Shown here: piece after piece, positions 59,354 through 64,000 of the stretch | Position numbering within the stretch: position 1 is the first letter of the stretch | Layout: each line of letters begins with the position of its first letter | From: Schizochytrium sp. TIO01 | Taxonomy: Eukaryota; Protista; Bigyra: Labyrinthulomycetes | Assembly: GCA_004764695.1 (NCBI GenBank) | Contig: SMSO01000014.1 | Location: 5,280,845-5,344,844 of the forward strand | Direction: 5' to 3' | DNA: 64,000 bases | Translations under genes and position numbers: made by a program | Notes under the pieces: generated by a model | The model's input: the letters and a program-made list of their open reading frames with translations, nothing else | Told to the model about the DNA's origin: nothing | The model's database searches: none

Positions 59354-60827
59354 ACCTTCCTCTTTTTCTCTTTCTCTCTCTTGGCTCTAAGGAATGAGAT
59401 GTGATATGTCTCGTGTTCTTGCCTGCCTTTGCGTGAGGGAGAAGTGGATACAAACAAAGAAAGAAACTAAACGTTAATGAAGAAATGAGCTCCGCTGCGA
59501 AGGACGGCTGATCTGGCGTCCTGCTTTGTTGCATTGCTTACTGTACGTGCGCGAAGAGAGATGAGTATGGCCTTCTGGTTGTTCTCTTCTGCTTTTGAAG
59601 CCGCGTTTCTCCATTTCCATTCGTACTTGACGCATGAACGTACAGTTTTTTTTTTTTCCCTCTCATACATTTGGTGATCTCTCAATTTTTTACATGACCC
59701 AAGATCACAACCCTTTTCTTGTTAAATTTGCGAGCTGTTGTGTGACTCCATGTACAGTTGAACAAAGGTTAGAGCATTCTGGCTGCCGATTGTCATCACC
59801 CATGTACATGATTATCATCACTTGCACGTGAATCCTTAAGATTATTTTCCTCTATTGAAAACTTGTTTCGTTTCCTTGTTCAGTTATCTCCTAGTTGATT
59901 GCAGGATTGCCTATGATGATTGGTTACCATTTGATCAGGTTGAAGGCAAGGAAAATCTTTGGACTGCTGTCTTGTTCATTTATTAGCTAACGGTTTCTAG
60001 CTCGCTATTACAATCCTACCGTTAATGTAAATCTTTTCAACTTGCAATATACAATATGATGTAGGTAGTATTATAGATTCTCCAATTGGCACGAAGGAGA
60101 GTTTACTCGCCAAGGTCAAAGGTGGCAACGATTTTAGTTTTCAGTCGATTTGCCCATTTTTTACATTTTGAAAATGAAGCGCAAACAAAAAACAACAAAC
60201 AGAAAAAATAAATCCAGGTAAAGCACTCCGAGCATTTAACTTTGGAAGCATATGGATGTGTCCACGTCTACTCAGGTTGGCGCAAGTTATGCCGTGAACA
60301 CAATTGGTGCTGGTCGGCATACCTCAAAACTGAGGTCGTAGTTCTACTTACAATTCTACTAGGCTTTTTCTTTTCTTTTGAAAGGCAACTCCTACACAAG
60401 ACAATTCCTAGAGGCCATTGCCCCATAGTATGGGGTATAGGGACTCTTAGTCTAACGACATCATGTTGTGATAAAGCGGAGTGAGAGCAAGGCTAGGTCT
60501 AAGTAGGTAATAGTAGCAGCTACCGATTATCTCAATACTACTTTGAATTTGTAGCACTTCGAGATTTGTACCGCATCGCATCGGAATGAGAGAAGAATAG
60601 GAAGAAGAAAATGCAGCAAACTTGAAGTTGTTGTACCCTGTATGATGTTTTAATCAATCAATCAATCAGTCAATCAATCAATCAACCATCCTCACATGCC
60701 TAGTAGGTACCTATTTAGTCGTCGACTGTGAAGCAAGCGAGAAGAAACAGACCTGGAGGTAGGCAGACAAACAGCCTGCTCAATCCATCAAAGGACACCA
60801 GAAGCCTGAGCGCCAACGGAAGAGATT

Positions 60828-61853
60828 ATGACCAAGGCAGACAACCTCCTAGTAGAAGAGGAGCTCTTGCAGTTTATCCGCAACTTGCCAAAGGCAGAGC
60901 TCCATGCTCACTTGCATGGCAGTGTGCGTGAAGAAACTCTGCGCGAACTCGGCTGCGAAGGGTTTGTAGCAAAGGGAAGAACTCTCCAAGAATGCTTTGA
61001 CCTCTTTGGCACGATTCATAACGCTGTGCAGAATACGCGCGCCGTACAGATCATTGCGAGGGGGGTGGTTGCAGACTTTGCACAGGACAATGTTCGCTAT
61101 CTTGAATTACGTTCCACACCTCGCAGCACCCCGGAAATGTCCAAGGAGGACTATCTACTTGCTCTTGTTGAGGCAGTTACGATGGCGGGGGAAGAGCACA
61201 ACGTAATGGTTAAACTTATCGTCTCCATCGATCGTGCAAAACCAGTTGCGGACGCTTATGACACGCTAAAAGTGGTTGCAGCACTGCCATCAGCAGCTAG
61301 ACAAATCATTGTAGGCGTTGATCTGTCTGGCAACCCAACTAGAGGCGTTTTCGCAGATTTTGTCCCCGTACTGAATATTGCCCGCAACAAACTTCGTCTG
61401 AAGGTCACGCTTCACTGTGGAGAGGTCGTCAACCCCCAAGAAGTTCAAGAGATGCTCCAATTCGCTCCCGAACGACTTGGCCATGCCTTGCATATTGCCC
61501 CAGAATTACGCACTCAACTTCCAGTGGTTGAGTGTTGTCCAACTTCTAATATTAAAACTTTGGGTCTCAATACTCTCGGTGAACATCCTGTTCTACCACC
61601 TGTACAATGGTCTAACTTAACAATTTGTACAGATGACGCTGGTGTTTTCGAAACTACGCTTTCGGAGGAAATTTTAATGGTTGCAAAGGAGTTTCAACTG
61701 TCAAAATCCGATATCGCTAGACTTGTCTATTCTCCTCTTAAACATGCTTTTGCGAGCTTTCACGATATCACTGAGCTGCGGGCTCGCTATTGGCATTCGT
61801 CATATGCTGAGTATAGTGAACCTGAGATCCTATTGTACGTCTCAAAACTGTGA
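60828..61853 (+). CDS. ADAL: Adenosine deaminase-like protein (N6-methyl-AMP deaminase)
   Basis: LPKAELHAHLHGS, ECFDLF..IH, YLELRSTPR, GVDLSGNP, TLHCGE, RLGHA, CPTSN, ICTDDAGVFETTLSEE. Confidence 0.9.
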   Translation: MTKADNLLVEEELLQFIRNLPKAELHAHLHGSVREETLRELGCEGFVAKGRTLQECFDLFGTIHNAVQNTRAVQIIARGVVADFAQDNVRYLELRSTPRSTPEMSKEDYLLALVEAVTMAGEEHNVMVKLIVSIDRAKPVADAYDTLKVVAALPSAARQIIVGVDLSGNPTRGVFADFVPVLNIARNKLRLKVTLHCGEVVNPQEVQEMLQFAPERLGHALHIAPELRTQLPVVECCPTSNIKTLGLNTLGEHPVLPPVQWSNLTICTDDAGVFETTLSEEILMVAKEFQLSKSDIARLVYSPLKHAFASFHDITELRARYWHSSYAEYSEPEILLYVSKL

Positions 61854-63235
61854 CATTGTGGTGCTAATTGCGTCTTTCTGGCACCTTCAAGCTACAGGGT
61901 TTGTATATGTATTGTTTCATAAAGATTCTTCTTTTTTTCTTGTCTTTAATCAAATATTCATATTTTCATACATTTTTTTACTTTATTTATTTGTAAATCC
62001 AGTTATTTTTTAGTGTATATAAAACCTTGTTGGCCTTTTTGTTGAGGCGAAGTTATGAGAGAAGGATCTTGTTTATAAAAGTACTGTTGACTTTTTGCAA
62101 AGATATATTGGAACGATTGGTTTTTATTTTACAAAGGGATGGCGTCTGTTTCATTTTGAGACTGTTTGAATATTGATCATTTAGTGAAATTAGAATATCT
62201 CATATGAAATTTTCTGAAAGAAGAAGGAGGGTAGTATTTTTCGTGCGATAAGAAAGATACAAATACAGAATCAGCGAGCTAGTCCAGCATAAGAATCTTG
62301 CTTGTACGACATTTCAAGCTTTATATGATAATTTTTTTTAAATCAGGGCGTGCATATGAACTAGGAAAAGTAAGGGGTTATATTGTTCTTTGATTCGTCT
62401 GATACAAGGTTCATTACTCATTGTCACTGACAGTATTCGTTTCGACATTGAATGAACTCAAATAATCAATATTGATAGAACTCTAAATAGGGTTAAACCT
62501 AAAACTGTCGCTGTATATGTAGACCAGAATATCCTTGATTATAATATAGCCCCCTTTTCGCGCGTTAGGCCTATTCTGGGTGAAGCTTCGCTAGTGAATA
62601 AAAGAAAGATAAAAGGGAATACCTCTTATAACAAGAGAAGGTCAAAAGATTTGGCAGATTTGGTCGGATCGATGAGAAGCAAGTGGCTTTGCAACTGCAC
62701 ATATGACACCCTGAATACTATCTGTGTATGTCAAGAACTGCTTCAGACCTAAAGTTAGACTCTTATAATTCCCCAAAGTCAATACATAGCTCTGGTTACC
62801 TTGGGAGATTGAGCAAACGAATTGATTTGAAGGCCACATTTCGTTAGTTGATGTGCATAGGAGGAATGCTATGAAATAACAATAGTGACCTCTTTGCTTT
62901 CTTTCTTATTCGCTACTCGCCTATTTGAGCAGCGGCAACGAAGGACCGCCAGACCCAAACCAAGTCCTGCGCGCCTGGCGAGCGGACGTAAGGCAGTGCA
63001 AGGTTTGCCTGCCACGAGAGTTCCTGTCTCTCCTTCCCTTTCCTCTGGACTTCTTGCGACGAGAGCGCGAGAGTTTTGGAGGCGCAAGGGTCAACTGCTG
63101 ATTCTTCTGAGCGTAGCTTAAAGAAGCCAACAGCAGCTTTCATAACAACCAAAGTTGCGAAGCATCATCAAGCAAAAGGCTTAAGACGCGTGTGTGGAGA
63201 AATTGAGAGGGGGTTCAAATTAAAGACACCCGAAA

Positions 63236-64000
63236 ATGCCCTCGAACGAACTTGAGGACGAAGCTGTATGGGGCGATGATGGCGAGGAGTTGGACGCCGA
63301 GATCATGGCCTTGCCTACAGATGACCTCAAACAGCGCATCAGGCTCTTGGAGAACGAGATTCGTATTATGCGTAGTGAGAAGGACCGCCTTAGCCACGAG
63401 GAACACTCCCAAACGGAGCGTATTAAGGAAAACGTCGAAAAGATCAAGATGAACAAGCAGCTTCCCTGGCTTGTTGGCAACATCGTGGAAATTCTTGACG
63501 GTGAAAACGAGGAGAACGAGCATGAGGATGGAAGTGCTGTCGATGTGGACGATCGCCGTAAGGGAAAGTCTGCTGTCATTAAGACCTCTACAAGACAGAC
63601 CATTTTCCTCCCAGTTATTGGCCTTGTCGCTGACGAGGACCTGTCCCCGCAAGATCTTATTGCAACCAACAAAGATAGCTACCTGGTTCTCGACAAGCTT
63701 CCACCTGAGTATGACTCTCGTACCCGTGCTATGGAACTTGATGAGAAACCCAAGGAGAGCTACAGTGATATCGGTGGATGTGAGTCCCAGATCCAGGAGC
63801 TCAAAGAAGCTGTTGTTCTGCCTCTGATTCATGCCGACCGCTTTGAGGCTATTGGAATCAAGGCTCCCAAGGGTGCTCTTCTGTATGGCCCTCCTGGAAC
63901 TGGCAAGACCCTCTTGGCACGTGCCTGCGCTGCCGAGACCAATTGCGTTTTCCTTAAGGTCGCAGCTTCCCAGCTTGTGCAAATGTTCATCGGTGATGGT
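63236..64000 (+). CDS. RPT5: 26S proteasome regulatory ATPase subunit 6A, 3'-partial
   Basis: Manual translation from ATG 63236: [53 protein letters not shown], Walker [19 protein letters not shown]. Runs off the window. Confidence 0.96.
   Translation, partial: MPSNELEDEAVWGDDGEELDAEIMALPTDDLKQRIRLLENEIRIMRSEKDRLSHEEHSQTERIKENVEKIKMNKQLPWLVGNIVEILDGENEENEHEDGSAVDVDDRRKGKSAVIKTSTRQTIFLPVIGLVADEDLSPQDLIATNKDSYLVLDKLPPEYDSRTRAMELDEKPKESYSDIGGCESQIQELKEAVVLPLIHADRFEAIGIKAPKGALLYGPPGTGKTLLARACAAETNCVFLKVAASQLVQMFIGDG

Noticed and set aside
63215-63982. 255-aa minus-strand ORF
   Set aside because: Antisense shadow of RPT5, which the ORF track missed because it runs off the window.

Overview
Eukaryotic nuclear DNA with intron-poor genes and microsatellite-rich spacers. 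A stramenopile protist such as a labyrinthulomycete/thraustochytrid is plausible, but that is inference only. Recognisable host genes: an IP3-receptor-type Ca2+ channel (5'-truncated by the window), a multi-TM class-3 lipase, TIM23, a GYP1/TBC1D22-type Rab-GAP, a HERP-like UBL membrane protein, a bacterial-type NADP-isocitrate dehydrogenase with a mitochondrial presequence, ADAL, and proteasome ATPase RPT5 (3'-truncated, missing from the ORF track). Two regions stand out. (1) A ~10 kb island (~15.9-25.5 kb) of short intronless ORFans, many decayed by nonsense or frameshift lesions. It holds an intact REase-fold+kinase gene, an MSV199/KilA-like gene with a paralogous fragment, an ankyrin-like gene and a paralog pair. 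Gene junctions are punctuated by a same-orientation ~70-bp repeat (core ATGCAAATTTCGAAC...AAAACCCTA on the minus strand). It looks like an endogenised large-DNA-virus segment organised as repeat-bounded gene cassettes. (2) A split minus-strand gene (32982-35696) that reconstructs across one intron and three frameshifts to Rab-like GTPase + TRAF zinc fingers + 4x WH2 + a WASP/WASH-like C-A tail, a candidate new type of actin nucleation-promoting factor. Also present: a 152-bp foldback element, a cluster of structured hairpins and twin promoter palindromes.
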